Origin: Lingula anatina
Taxonomy: Eukaryota > Animalia > Brachiopoda
Direction: 5' to 3'
DNA length: 64,000 bases
Assembly: GCA_051362555.1 (NCBI GenBank)
Contig: CM120644.1
Coordinates: 20,420,534-20,484,533, forward strand
Below, piece after piece: positions 24,563 through 37,622 of this stretch (position 1 is its first letter; the number at the start of each line of letters is the position of its first letter). The position numbers and the translations under genes are program-made. The notes under the pieces were generated by a model. It had not been told where the DNA came from. It did not search any database and worked only from the letters and a program-made list of their open reading frames with translations.

Positions 24563-27500
24563 ATGGTGAAGGAGAGGGTGTACACGCCACTGGCTGGGGT
24601 GCTTGTTGACATGCAATCATTTGTTGAAGAATTCACTGCCACTGAATCTGTGCGTTATGAGCAGTTTGCTGAAATATGGCGTGAAAAGAAAATGTCTCTG
24701 ATATTTTGTGGCAGACAAACAGAGAGAGAACTAAAAGAGGTGAGAGCAAAATGACTGAAGGTTTAACACTAGTTGATCTACATTGTATTATATTCCAAAG
24801 TTGATAGGTGGTGACTTCTCCTGCCCTACCAATCATATTGAAAGCACCTATGATCACCTTCATGGGCCTGAAGTCTTATGCAAGTTACATGTTCCTAACA
24901 TGTGTATTACCTGTGGTGCATAATTAAAATATGTTGACTTTGATGTTAAGCATAATGTATCATTGCATTAGAATTGACAGTTACCTATTCTGTTCATCAT
25001 TATTTTCTGTGTTGTTCTCACCTGGCATTTCCAGCGTGTGAATTTGAACTCACATGTGCCTGAAGCCTTATGCTAGTTACATATTCTTAATATCTAAGTT
25101 GCCTGTTGTGCATAATACAATTTTTGATGTTGATTTCGCTGTTAAGCATTGTGTAGTATTGTATCAAAATTGAAAAAATAACCTATGTTGTGTGTCATTA
25201 TTTCTGCTTTTTGTGGCCTCTCATCTTTCTGTTCCAGTTCACAGAGGACATGTTCTCAGTGGTGCTGCAGTACTTGGGGTCATCTCAAACCTTCCAGGTC
25301 CAAGTGGCTGGCCTCTTCCTGCTCTATGGCCTCTACCATACACAGCCTCTGAAACCTAAGGCAAAGGTAGACAGCTACACAGCAGGTTCAACCTGGGTCA
25401 GCTTTGTGTAATCTTAATTAACAGCTCCCCATGACCAGATTGCTCAACAGGCCATGTTGTTAGTTAAAAGGTTGTTTGGTGATGACCACATATGTGACAG
25501 GCGAAGTGCTTTAGTTGTACTCTCCTTGGACTCTCATTGTGTTCTCCTTGTGTTTGTATTCGTTTGTCTTCGTTTGTGTATTTTCGTATTCTTTTGTGTG
25601 TGTTTTTCCTTGTCCAAAGTCTCTTTTACACGAGGGAAAGAGATCAGTCGTCCGCAAGTCGCGCCATAGGAAAGACATGGTCTTTCTTGTCCAGTTTGTT
25701 GTCTTGAAATGAGACAATTCTTTACATTTTCAGACCTGACTCTTGTGTTGCTCAATAAAGCAAATAAAACTGATCGCTTTGACACTATACTAAGATGGCA
25801 TGAAACTGATCCAATGTCCTAAATCCTGAGTGGTTTACTATGAGTCAGTCTTTAAGGAACAGATTGAGTAACATGTATTTCATCTTATTTCAGTAGTTTA
25901 CATTTGGTTATAAAATGCTAAATTTTAACTCTTTAGAGATGTTTAAGAGGCATTTCATTGCATTTACATTGCAACCTTGTTTTATGTACATTGAAGGGAT
26001 AACAACTGTTTATTTTGGCCAAAAAATGAATTTTCCTGGGGTAAAGGACAATTTTCCCATACTGACCAATTGTAAATGAATCCATTCCCACATTCAAAAT
26101 TAGTCCCTGGTTTTTTTTTCTAAAAAGTTTGGTTTTTTGTAATAATCTCTTAAGAGATTGTTACAGAATGTAGCCATCTATGGAGGTCACTTGATGTGAT
26201 GGCAAATACAAATTCCAAAATAATTGTGTTAACCGCCGTTTTGGGGGCAAAATATTTATTTTGAAATATGGATATCTTCATATCCTGCTTTACAGGGTTA
26301 TTGCATAATTTCTAAATGAAAATGTGCTGTTGGCTATATATATATAATCTTGAAACAGACACTAAGCTTTGATTTTTATGTACCCGTTTCTGTATCCATT
26401 GCCCTCAGACTCATCTGTCAGTGCCATTACACAAAGCAGCCCATTTGGCTTTTGCAGAGTGTACAAAATTTGTAAACTTGGTAATGAAAAGTAACTGCGA
26501 GACTGGCTCATGTGCTGGCCACCCCTCATCTGAACTACTGGAACAGTCTACAGGGTCCAGAATGCCAAGCTAAAAGACTTTGGTTCAAATTTTCTGGTCT
26601 ATGAATGAACTATCCAAAAACAAAATCATACCATTGGTTTGGAAGTACAAGAAAGAAAACTGTCTGAAGAGCTACAACCCTCACTATACATCAGAGATCC
26701 ACTTCTGGAGGAGATACATTCTACATTAGTGATTGAAGGATGATGACAAGGACACTCTACACTAGTGATTGTAGGATGAAGACAAGGACACTCTTCACTA
26801 GTGATTGTAGGATAAAGACAAGGACACTCTTCACTAGTGATTGTAGGATGAAAACAAGGACACTCTTCACTAGTGATTGTAGGATAAATACAGGGACACT
26901 TCACTAGTGATTGTAGGATAAAGACAAGGAGACTCTTCACTAGTGATTGTAGGATAAAGACAAGGACACTCTTCACTAGTGATTGTAGGATAAAGACAAG
27001 GACACTCTTCACTATTGATTGTATGATGAAGACAAGGACACTCTTCACTAGTGATTGTAGGATAAAGACAAGGACACTCTTCACTAGTGATTGTAGGATA
27101 AAGACAAGGACACTCTTCACTAGTGATTGTAGGATAAAGACAAGGACACTCTTCACTATTGATTGTATGATGAAGACAAGGACACTCTTCACTAGTGATT
27201 GTAGGATAAAGACAAGGACACTCTTCACTAGTGATTGTAGGATAAAGACAAGGACACTCTTCACTAGTGATTGTAGGATAAAGACAGGGACACTCTTCAC
27301 TAGTGATTGTAGGATAAAGACAGGAACACTCTTCACTAGTGATTGTAGGATGAAGACAAGGACATCAACAGAAGCATGTCTCTGATAAGCATGTCTCTGA
27401 TACTTGATCTGAGTTTAATTACTAACCATATCCTAATTTACAAAATTACCACTTCAACAATACCCCTACCATGACTGAAACACTGGTAGTTTGAAAATGG

Positions 27501-30500
27501 AGCTGGTATTAGAAAGGTTTAACAAATGAACAACAAAGAGGAAGTACGAAAACTAGGTTCGTACGTCATAAGTCATAGTGGCCATTTTGCAAATGCCAAA
27601 TAACGAGTATGACAACAATAGAGCAGGGTGAGAGAAAAAATGCTGTTTGAAACGATTTTATATCCGTTTTCACTTTCGATCAACCAACCTGAAGGCAATC
27701 ATACGAAGAAACAAATGTGATTTAATGCATATCAAACGAGTATTGATGTGTGAACAAACTCAGTTTGTACTTTCTTTTTTTTTTACGAGGAATTCATAAA
27801 ATCTACATACATTGGAAGGACGAACTACGAAAAACGAGGTTATGATGAGCGTAAAGTGATGACGTAGTGCACATGTTCGTCCTTCACCTTTGTTGTTCGT
27901 CATTTGCTAAGCCTCTGTAGTATGAAAACCCAGGCACATTCCATCAGACAAAGCTTTGATCTAATGAATAAATGCAATCTTTAAGGAGTGGAGGGTTGAG
28001 GTAGTTTTGACACTGGTCTAAAACTTTTTTTGAGAAAACCTATAAAGTGTTATATCTCCTTACGTAACTGTTACACAATAAGAAATGATGTGATATTGAA
28101 GTAAGCTTTTTATTGTTATATAACAAGTTGGTATGTATTGGTTGATTGAAAAGATAGCCATATTCCAGGCACCTCCACCCTGTCTTCATCCTTAATTCAA
28201 ACTTAAGATGGAAATCAAATATTGAAAATCCAATTATGACCTTGATTGGCTTGAACGTGATTTTTGACCTTGTTTCCACCATAAAATACACTTCAAAAAT
28301 TTTCTAACATTTATAACTCCAACACTAGAAAAGATTCATCCATAGTTACTATTTAACTTGAATAAGAAATCATATCAAATCAGGATTTTTTTCCAAAATT
28401 GAATCTGTCAATAGATTTTTATTCTCTCGATAAATCCTTGAAAAGTCAGCCTTGGAGATAAATGAGGAATTTTGTGAAATTTCAGGAGTAGCTTCTCTTC
28501 TTTATATCTATATCAATATCTACAGTGGTAGGAGTCTTCAGGCATGCACAACATTTATGATGTTTATTTTAATGTGTGGTGATTGACAAATGCTCTTTTT
28601 TGTCTATATTGAAAGGGATTTCCTTTGAATGTACAGTGTTAAACTGTGCAGTCATGTTGCCCCAAGGGAATCTACCTTAGTAGTTATGCTATTATTATTG
28701 TTATTTTTACTCAAGTCCATTTAGTTTCACATGGTGAAATTGACGAGCAAAAACACAACCACAGTTGATGGGTTGTTTAGTTCAGTTATTACTTAAAATG
28801 TACATATAATTATATAGTAATGTGTATTGATGGCTTGTGAGAAAACCTTAACAGAGTAAATAAGCTCTGTAAAAAAAATGCTTCTTTTAGGTACCTGTTG
28901 CTGAGTTGAAAACTGCTAAATTTTAAACTCTCTTGTGCCATCCATCTTTCCCAGATGATTATGATTTTTTTTATCTGTATATGTACCATCTTTGATATTT
29001 ATTTATTTGCTTTTAGAAGTAAAAAGCTTTTCTTAGTTCCCTTCTTGCACATAGTTCATGACTATACTATACTATTTTATATTGCAGGTCCGTGTGACTC
29101 GAGAACAGTTCCAGAGCATCTTGCAGTTTCACAGGGAGGTAAAGAACCAGGGTCATTTGGACGTTGACTATGTTTTTCAGAAGTTGAAGATACAACGTGC
29201 ATTTGATTTTGTAGCCAATGCGCACCCTGTAAGTCATAATGATAACTCTTTAAATCAATACCAAACTCATTATTTTATGTGAGACAAAATTGAACATAAA
29301 GCAATGGTACAGAACCTTACAGAATATTATCATTGTTGAATGAACTGTTGTGTTAAGTTAATAATTTAAAATATTGAAAGTCTGTAGAAACAGTAGGGTG
29401 TATTGATGGTTGCTCAATTATATAGCTAGCTAGAGACAGAACTCATCACTGAGGTGAAAAAATTCTGACTTTTTATAGATTAAAAACTCTTTTTCATTCT
29501 ATCTTGCTCAGATGGTATTGTATCTGTTTCTTTAAATTCATTGTGTTTACAGATGTTTTCATTTTTATTATTTTGAAAATATTATTGCAGTTATTGCTTA
29601 TGTACAGACACAGTGTGTCTGTAGATCTATAGCCATCACCTAGGTCTGTCCTAACAGTGCCATTTCAGAGATAACACAATAAGTGGGAAACCATTTGACA
29701 TTTTGTCTTCAAACTTACAGAATTGATAATTATACATAAAATACAGGTTGAGTTGCAAAATCAGCTTGAACAGAGCATTTTTGTTGAAGTTATGCTGGTT
29801 TTTGTTTTTTTAGCATATATTCTACTATGTGCAATACTGATAACACATTTCATGGAAAACAGTTTGACCTATTGTCTTCATACTTTAAGGACTGATGAAT
29901 TTGATTGTAGATACAGGTAGAATAAAAATAAAAACAGCTTGATCAGATAATTTGTTCAAGTGTTTTTTTTACCATATATGATACTATATGCAATATAGAT
30001 AACACATTTCATGGAAAATTGTTTACTTACAAGACTGATGAATATGACTTAGTTACAGGTCATTTGAAAACCAGCCTGATTATTTCTTTCAATGGCATTT
30101 CTTATTTTCCAGTGTGATATTCTCCAGGCCACTCACACAGCAGATGATGACCTGAATAAAGATAGCCTGCCTGTTGAGAAGAGTGTTGTATCAGAGATCC
30201 TGCAGCCTGATAATATAGCAGTAAGTGTCTTCAGGCTTACAGAGTTGACACTTTGATCATCTTTTATCAATGATGCACTTTTTTGTGCCACCATTGGGAG
30301 CACTGTCAGTACCATGTTGTTACCTCCAAACAACTGCCACCATTTTGTATGCCTCTACTCCCTCCCAGACCAGAGAGGCCGATATCCTCATCTTATGTTA
30401 CTAGCTAGGCCACATCTCAGCTCAACTTGAACCTGCTCCGTTTGGGGCACAATTTTGGCACCATAAAATTTTAGCACACTTAAAAGCTAGAGACCTTTAG

Positions 30501-33500
30501 TTTGTTGTGTTTTGTAGAACTCAGCAAGTGCAGTGCTACAGGTACATATGAGGGCTGTATTTTGTTCTTATTTCAAAAAGTACATTGTTGCAATGTTCAC
30601 ATAAATTTACCAAATTAAATGTGAAATAGCTTCCAAACCAATTGAATCATGGGGAAAGTTACTTCAGAAACCTGATTAAAAGTCAGATCAAGAAATTTTC
30701 AAAGTGGATGTTGAATTTAAACTTTTGCCTATATTTTAAAGTCAGATGACAAAATTTTGAATTTTTTGTATAGAAATGTTGTTAGTGCTCATTTTAAGAC
30801 ACATTAAAGACCAATGTTGTTATTATATGTTTTGGACCACAGTCTTTTTTGGAACTGTTAAAATCTAGCTGTTTTCAGCAATTGGCTACCATCCATGAGC
30901 AGTATGTGGAGATGAAGTGCAGGCTGGCAGGCAGGGACAGACCAGACACTGCACTAGATGTCATCCAGCCAGACATTGTACAATATTTAACAAGGTGAGC
31001 ACAATGTTCTCTATACTAGAAACAAGATACGGGGTAGAGTTCATTCCATACATAAATTTTTGCTGGACTTCTTTGTCTTAGTGCAGCTAGCAATTTTGCA
31101 TTATGCCTGGGTGCTGAACACTGGTGACATAATCTGTCTTCACTTATCTGTCTGGTAATCCAGAGTCTGGGGGAAGGGGTACTGGTGATACCAGCTGAGT
31201 GTAATCCAGAGTCTGGGGGAAGGGGTACTGGTGATACCAGCTGAGTGTAATCCAGAGTCTGGGGGAAGGGGTACTGGTGATACCAGCTGAGTGTAATCCA
31301 GAGTCTGGGGGAAGGGGTACTGGGAAGTACTGATGCTGGAAGTTTGTCAACATACAGGTGAAGACAGGCTCACAAGCATGTTTTTAACAGAAACAAATGA
31401 TCACAATAAATGTTCTTATGTTAAGTTTGTTATTGATTTTTTTATCAACATTGTTCCCTGAGATGTGAACAGGAATCATATTGGGCTTGTTCTAGGGCTG
31501 TAGCTTCACATGAAGAATGGCGTAAAACAGGAAAAAGGCTGCAAAAGAAAGATGGTGGCATCACCTCTGAGTCTGAGGCAGAATCAGATGTGGAACATCC
31601 AAAGGTATGCCTGGGGTCACTGGGAGGAATAGAGCCTAAATGAGATGTTTCACTTGTAACAATCCAATTCCACTTGAAGATGTGAGTGATGTTACAGTGC
31701 TTGGTGTGAACCGTTTCCACTTGCTATTGAATTTTTGGAGGTTTGGTTGCAAATTTTGATACACAAAATCTAACAAATATTAACTGAACTATCAAACAAT
31801 TATGGATTAGCTGATTTCAGCTGACATATTTCTATTGACTGACATATAACTGCTGTAATGCACATTCCACTGGAAGACCCATGTTCACTCAAAACAAACT
31901 GGTCCAAGGTTTTTAAAGTTAGTTTATTAAGATAACAATGATATACAAACACAGCTTATCTGTACAAATAGTCATCACCTGCATCTTTCCTCACCATCAA
32001 TCAATGTTCATCTTTTAATTTGATGGCATTTAGTGATGGTCCCTGTGGAGTTTATTCCAACTACCTAATGCCAAACGACCTACCAGACTACCACTGTGAA
32101 TTAATGCACCCCTAGACTCCATGCTACAAGCAGTGACCAGCTTGCCTCAGTAGATACTTTTTTCCCAATAGGCCTTTCTTGACCATCTGCAGTGTGAAAT
32201 GTTAAAAAACACTGAAGTGGTCAATACTCCTCCTTGTTTTACTTAGGTCTGTTAGCTCCTGCTTATAAAGATATACGCTTTGTCTGCAGTTAGTGAGGGC
32301 ACAATTCCCTTTGAAAACTGACAGACTATGGTGACTTAACCGTGCCACATACCATAAGTTTCACCCCAGATAAACTAACCTCCTTTTTTTGGAGAGTATG
32401 AAATAATTTTTATATAAAACTGAATGTAAATTGGATTGTAAGGTGTGTTTCAAGTTTGAAATTTCTTGACAAGTTTTTTTAATTAAGTAGACTAGACAAA
32501 AGATCTGATCAATAATCAAGTTTCCCACCTAGTATGTAGAGACAGGAAGGATATCAGCAAAATTGTCCCATAGTTACACTAAAAGATAAACTCATCACTA
32601 GTACCCATAATGCTAGGACTGGACCATTGTATAGTAGTAAAAACCCATGGTATGCTGGTAAAACTAAGACTTAATGATTCCCCAAGCTGTTGATGCTATG
32701 CAGCCATTGAAGTATAACATGTAAGTTGTTTATTTTGACTTTCACAGGAGAATTGGTCATAAATTAGATGCCAAAACTGAAAGGTTACATCCCTATACAT
32801 CCCTGCATCGATCATTCCCCACACCGGTACATCCCCGCACCAATACTCCCCCTCAGTATCGATGGAAGGAAGCAGTGGTGTGGGGGAGTAACAGTGCGCC
32901 TACATCGGCAATTTTACTGGGGATGTATCGATGCAGGGATCTATTGGTGTGGGGTCGTATCGATGCGCATAATACACAGAAATTTACTAAGAGGGGATTA
33001 TTGGTGTGGGGGAATATCGCTGCGGGGAGTATCTGTGCGGGGGAGTATCGACATGACCCCAACTGAAAACACTTTCTAATGCTAGCACTGTTAAACATAG
33101 AGACTTTTTGCTTGTTGCGTTTTGAAGAGCTCGCCAAGTGAAATGTACTTTTGCAATAAGGCATACAGCAGTAATTATAGAAATGAAACCTCAGCTTACA
33201 AGCATACCAATACATTACATCACTCCGTTATTGATATCTCTTTTGTATTATTCTGTATTGGACAGGCTAATGAGTCATTTGGTCTGAAAGCTAAAAAACT
33301 AGGCAAAGTCAATAAATTAAAAGTCGTGTATTATGTTTTTGTTGACAAAACTGTAATGATAAATTCACACTTTTCCATTTATATATAAAAATAGAAATTT
33401 TTCATTTGTATGATTTTATTTTCAATATTTTATTTTTCTCATTTTGAAGTTTGCGTCACAATACACCATCCAAAGTGATTAGATATATTTTTCTGTCTTT

Positions 33501-36500
33501 AAGCCCTCAGTTTGTCATGGAAGGAAAAGGGCGTCAATCAGAGAGAGAGCATTCTCTAAAACTGCAGAACCATCTCGAGGTCGTAGACATCGTCGGGCAA
33601 CGGTCCACAATGGTACAGAGCAGTCACCAACAAAGTCTCCTCCGAAGAAAAGGGGCAGGAAAAGTTCAAGGGTAGAGAGTATGGAAGAACAAGAAGGTAG
33701 GGAAATAAACACAGTACTGTATAATTGATTAATCAATCAGTTGCATTTCATTGTGACACCAATGCTGAGCTGTTTGTCCCTTACATGGTCTGTTTTGACT
33801 TCATGTTGCTTGCAGCTGACATACTGGGGTTGCTGCTAGTCTGGACTGAGGCTGCGTTCACATGAAAAATCCAAATTCCAAAAATCCATTGGCGGTATCT
33901 AGTGATCACAGTCTGTGCCCTAAATACCCCGTGGCCTAATTAACTAGCAGAGCGAGCGACTCACTTCCAAAGCTGTAATTAAATCTTGGTTGCGCTCAAA
34001 GGAGATTCTGACGCCTGGACGCATGCGCAGTAATAAGTTAGAGAGGAAGAAAGTGGCAGTCACAGTTGCTTTGAAAAATATGTTTGTCGATTTTGTGCAA
34101 CAACAGGACGAAGAAGATGAGGTCCATGTACACACCACAGATATGAGTGCAACACACAGTTTAGAGATACTACTGTGCATGCGTCCAGGTGTCAGAATCT
34201 CCTTTGAGCACAGCCGAGAATTAATTACAGCTTTGGAAGTAACTCGCTCGCTCTGCTAGTTAGTTACGCCACAGGGTATTCAGGGCACAGACCAATGGAT
34301 TTTTGGAATTTGGATTTTTCATGTGAACGATGCCTGATACCGCATTCACACTATGCTCAGTTATCCGGATAAGTTGCGAATTAGGTCACAATTCGAATAA
34401 ATGCAGTTGTGTGAACGCAAGAGGATTTCTGTAATGTGAATTTTCAAAATCCTGCAAGCGAGGTGGATTCCTAAGCGCGATTCGAATAACTTACCGGAAT
34501 CGATACCTGTACAGATCTTACTGTGTATGTGTGCAGATAAGTGCGGGTATCTATGAACGCTTGTTTATTACTTTAACGATTGCACCAAACGTATTTGGAG
34601 GTCACCACTCACTACAACATGAGGAAACAGAAACTTATTTTGCCATCTTATACTTCTCAAGAATGCTGGAATGTCTTTTGAGTTGCATTTGTCGTCACAA
34701 ATTTTTGTTGGTATTTTAAGATATCCTGTGCGGCGCATGCGCGAGTGTTCAAAACAGGAAGTTAAACCTGAAATTTTCAACATGTGATTCGGTTTCACTT
34801 TGCGTGTGTGAACGCAATACCGAATCGAATTCCTCACGAAAAATTCGAATTATAGAAATGCACATTTTTGCAACTGTAGTGTGAATGGGGTATGAGTCTC
34901 ATATGGCCAGCACCAACTGTTCTTTATAAGTGGTACCTCATGTGCATATTATACTCAGTAAGTGCAGTGATTAGAAATTGAGAGTCATGAATAAGTAGTA
35001 CAAGAATGATTACTAGTAGGTTTATAGTTCCACAACAGCACATAAGTACAGCTACCCCACAAATTTTATTCTAAATAAAGGCTTGCTTTTTGAGAAAATT
35101 GAATCTTTTATCTTTTAGTACTTATTACTTCAATGTTAGTTTTTTATTTATCTCTGTAGTTTTAGTTCTTATATGTAAATGTAAACAGTGCTGAGATGCA
35201 CATGTAGCACTGTATTAAGAAATGTATTATTATAAGAAATGCATTATTCAAGGATGTGTGAAACATTAATACCTGATTAGGAGAAAATTGTCCCTATATA
35301 TATATATCCCAAGAAAATTCATTTTGGTGGAAAATCCCATCGGGAGCACCTTTGACATGACACTTGAATATTTTAAGCTGGAAGATTTATTGTAATAATT
35401 TATTGTGATTATACTACCATTCCACCATTAAGAGATACAGCCATTATAAGATACTTTGAATTTTGTCAGTCAAAAAATGCCAGAATCTGCAGATCAACTT
35501 ACTGATTTAAATGATTGTTTTGTATCAGATTAATTGAAAACCCCTTATCAGACTGAAAGAAGTCCTCAAGTATGTACAGACAGGAGCTGTGATCTTTAGA
35601 ATGTGACTGAGACTTACACTGCCTTTCCATAAACCCATCATACTAGCTGAATCAATCTAACTCTGCAGGGCTTCTCACTAATTACTCCCAAGCTGCTGGA
35701 GTAGGCATGCCAGACATTTAAGCCGCTTACACTGAATGCAATTTAGCGAGAATCCCTGCAGGGTAAAATTGATTCAGCTAGTATGATGGGTTTATGAATA
35801 TTATACAACAACCAAATCTCATTGAAATACATGCCAAAAAATGTCAGCTTGAGTGTGAATGAAATGCACCCAGTTATGTATATTGATGTTGTAACTGAAT
35901 TATGCCATGGTTTAATAATTATGTAGTAATTCCTTTCAAAACAAAGGAGAGGGCAACAGGTTGAACTGTCACCTTCATATGTTTATGTTGTCTCAAGAAC
36001 AAGTTTTGCAGGAGTACATGTGGAGTAAATTCTTTATTTCCTGATTGAATCCTTAAAAGCAATAAGTCTTTACATCATTATTATGTAGTTTAAAGCAATT
36101 GTATCAAATGTGTTTCCATGCATGAGGGATTGGATGTTTGATCTGCCCTAGTCTTGCTGTAATGACTGTGCTCTTTGTCACTGGGATTTCTTCTTACTTC
36201 AAGTGCTACGGGTGCCGACAGTGAACCTGAGAGAGGAGATGAGGTCAGTGATCCTTAACATGCCCAGGCTCAGTGGAGAGGAGAAAGGTAATGTGTGATT
36301 ACAAGATGTGTTGTTTGTTTAACACAAGGAGTAAGGTAATTGATCATTGCAAGATATTATGTGGTGTATGTTAAAGGATATTGCCACCTTTCGCCCAAAA
36401 CTCCTTACTTACATTCTTTTGGGTAATAGATAAGTCTTCAGTGTTTAGTAACTAAATAAATAAACAATCAAACGTGTCATCTTACGGGTGATTTCATAAT

Positions 36501-37622
36501 TGCAATTTTGGGGTAAAAAGGACAAATTCAGTTTCTCAAATTTCTCCTTTACCTGAGCACCCACAATCACCTTTTCAAGGCGGATTTAATGACACCATTT
36601 AGTACTCAAAATTCTGCCAGCGATTTTTCCTAGAAGTCTTAGTTCAGATTCAATCATTGATAAAGCAAAGTAATGCCTTTGTTAAATGAAAGTCTTTAAT
36701 TAGTGGCTCATAACTCCATAACAAAAGCATTTAAACAGCACTGTGGTGGTAAGGGGAGGCCTGATATAATTACTATTGAACTTGAATGTGACATTTTATT
36801 TGACAAAGTGAAAGGTGACTGAAGGTCGAATAGATTCACAGCCAGAGTTTATCTCGGCCCCTTTAAAACCTATGTTATGCTGTGCTTAGTGATGTTCTAT
36901 TATGATAAACCTACATATAGGGTTTCCCTTATACTGCTTGTGTTTGGGTGACAGATGTAGTAGCAGCTTTAACTAATTCCTGAAACTGTGAACTCTTTGC
37001 AAGCTTATGGCTAGTGACCCAGTACTTATTGCATATTTCAAGGCATGTTAACAGCACTGATTTTTTTTTTTTTGTTATTAATGAAAATCATATTTGATAC
37101 TTAGTTTTTAAATGGTTTAGGAGTGATATTCTTTAAAAAAGATGGCAGATAATATGTAGGCAGTAAGTTTTGTTTCTCAGATTAAAATATGTTTTACCTC
37201 ACATATCAAAGTAAAATGGTTATAGTTATTACAGAAATTAAAAAGTAAAAACAAGTACTAATTTGAATATACTTGAAAGCTCTTTGTATTTATTTTGCAT
37301 GTTATTATCCCTTTGTTATGTCAAATCCAGCTAGGGGGCATACCTAGGAGGCAGTCCTGGTCCTCTAGCTGTGTGGACAGTTTTCTTTTGTTTAACATTC
37401 ATTTTGCAAACTCAGATCTCTCATTTAATACTTTCAGTCTCTAAAAGAGGAAAGAAGTCTAAAACAGAATCAATGAAGAATACTAGGAAGAAGGAAATAA
37501 AAAAAGCACCCAAAGAAAAAGGACAACTAAAAGAAAAAATTGCACCGAAAGGGAAGTCTAAAGTCAAGCTGAGCAAAAGTAAACAATGTACTCCAGAGGA
37601 AAATATACCTGATCCCCACTGA
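24563..37622 (+). CDS. SNAPC1: snRNA-activating protein complex subunit 1 (SNAP43), 413 aa
   Basis: Exons 24563-24739, 25238-25366, 29088-29228, 30113-30220, 30879-30994, 31496-31604, 33504-33696, 36204-36287 and 37438-37622 total 1242 nt, all GT-AG and in frame. Motifs: SVRYEQFAEIWREKKMSLIFCGR, QVQVAGLFLLYGLYHTQP, HLDVDYVFQKL..QRAFDFVA, IHEQYVEMK, RASIRERAFS..SRGRRHR, and a Lys-rich tail. The C-terminal exons are less certain. Confidence 0.9.
25995..26300 (-). mobile_element. Kolobok-like MITE, diverged copy in a SNAPC1 intron
   Basis: Starts AGGGATAACAACTGTT and is colinear with 8467-8792; palindrome variant at 26138-26165; right end degenerate. Confidence 0.7.
26720..27365. repeat. 36-bp minisatellite, ~18 copies (intronic)
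   Basis: Unit GACACTCTTCACTAGTGATTGTAGGATAAAGACAAG, head-to-tail with no spacers. Confidence 0.95.
27509..27918. mobile_element. Degenerate MITE with ~60-bp TIRs
   Basis: AGGTTTAACAAATGAACAACAAAG..TACGTCAT at the left mirrors ATGACGTA..CTTTGTTGTTCGTCATTTGCTAAGCCT at the right; TSD unclear. Confidence 0.5.
29598..30080 (+). mobile_element. Degenerate HINE family B fragment
   Basis: TATGTACAGACACAGTGTGTCTGTA..TATAGCCATCACC 5' end followed by decayed internal units. Confidence 0.65.
31155..31323. repeat. 46-bp G-rich tandem repeat, ~3.7 identical copies
   Basis: Unit GTAATCCAGAGTCTGGGGGAAGGGGTACTGGTGATACCAGCTGAGT. Confidence 0.95.
32783..33060. mobile_element. MITE with subterminal (ACCAATACTCCCC) repeats and 8-9-bp TSD (MULE-like)
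   Basis: AACTGAAA at 32775-32782 and 33061-33068; C-rich left and G-rich right repeats in inverted orientation; related fragment at 57425-57567. Confidence 0.7.
33850..34334. mobile_element. Foldback MITE with ~190-bp TIRs and TGA TSD (PIF/Harbinger-like)
   Basis: GGCTGCGTTCACATGAAAAATCCAAATTCC / GGAATTTGGATTTTTCATGTGAACGATGCC; TGA at 33847-33849 and 34335-34337. Confidence 0.85.
34338..34892. mobile_element. MITE with short TIRs and TGA TSD (PIF/Harbinger-like), abutting the previous element
   Basis: TACCGCATTCACACTA / TAGTGTGAATGGGGTA; TGA at 34335-34337 and 34893-34895; internal GTGTGAACGC repeats. Confidence 0.75.
35625..35798. mobile_element. Palindromic MITE, family D monomer
   Basis: TIR CATAAACCCATCATACTAGCTGAATCAAT / ATTGATTCAGCTAGTATGATGGGTTTATG; core shared with 12571-12985. 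Confidence 0.75.

Noticed and set aside
25493-25784. Solo LTR (TG...CA with AATAAA)
   Set aside because: Composition and AATAAA are suggestive, but no matching 4-6-bp TSD was found.
26626-27385. 36-bp repeats as a CRISPR array, or the 236/120-aa ORFs as proteins
   Set aside because: Units are head-to-tail with no spacers, there are no cas genes and the context is a eukaryotic intron; the ORFs arise from a unit length divisible by 3.
33944-34259. Mirror-image ORFs on both strands
   Set aside because: By-product of the foldback MITE's inverted arms.
36371-36866. Further TTAA-flanked Kolobok-like element
   Set aside because: TTAA-AGG...CCT-TTAA ends are present, but the TIR match beyond 3 bp is poor and there is no second copy in the window.
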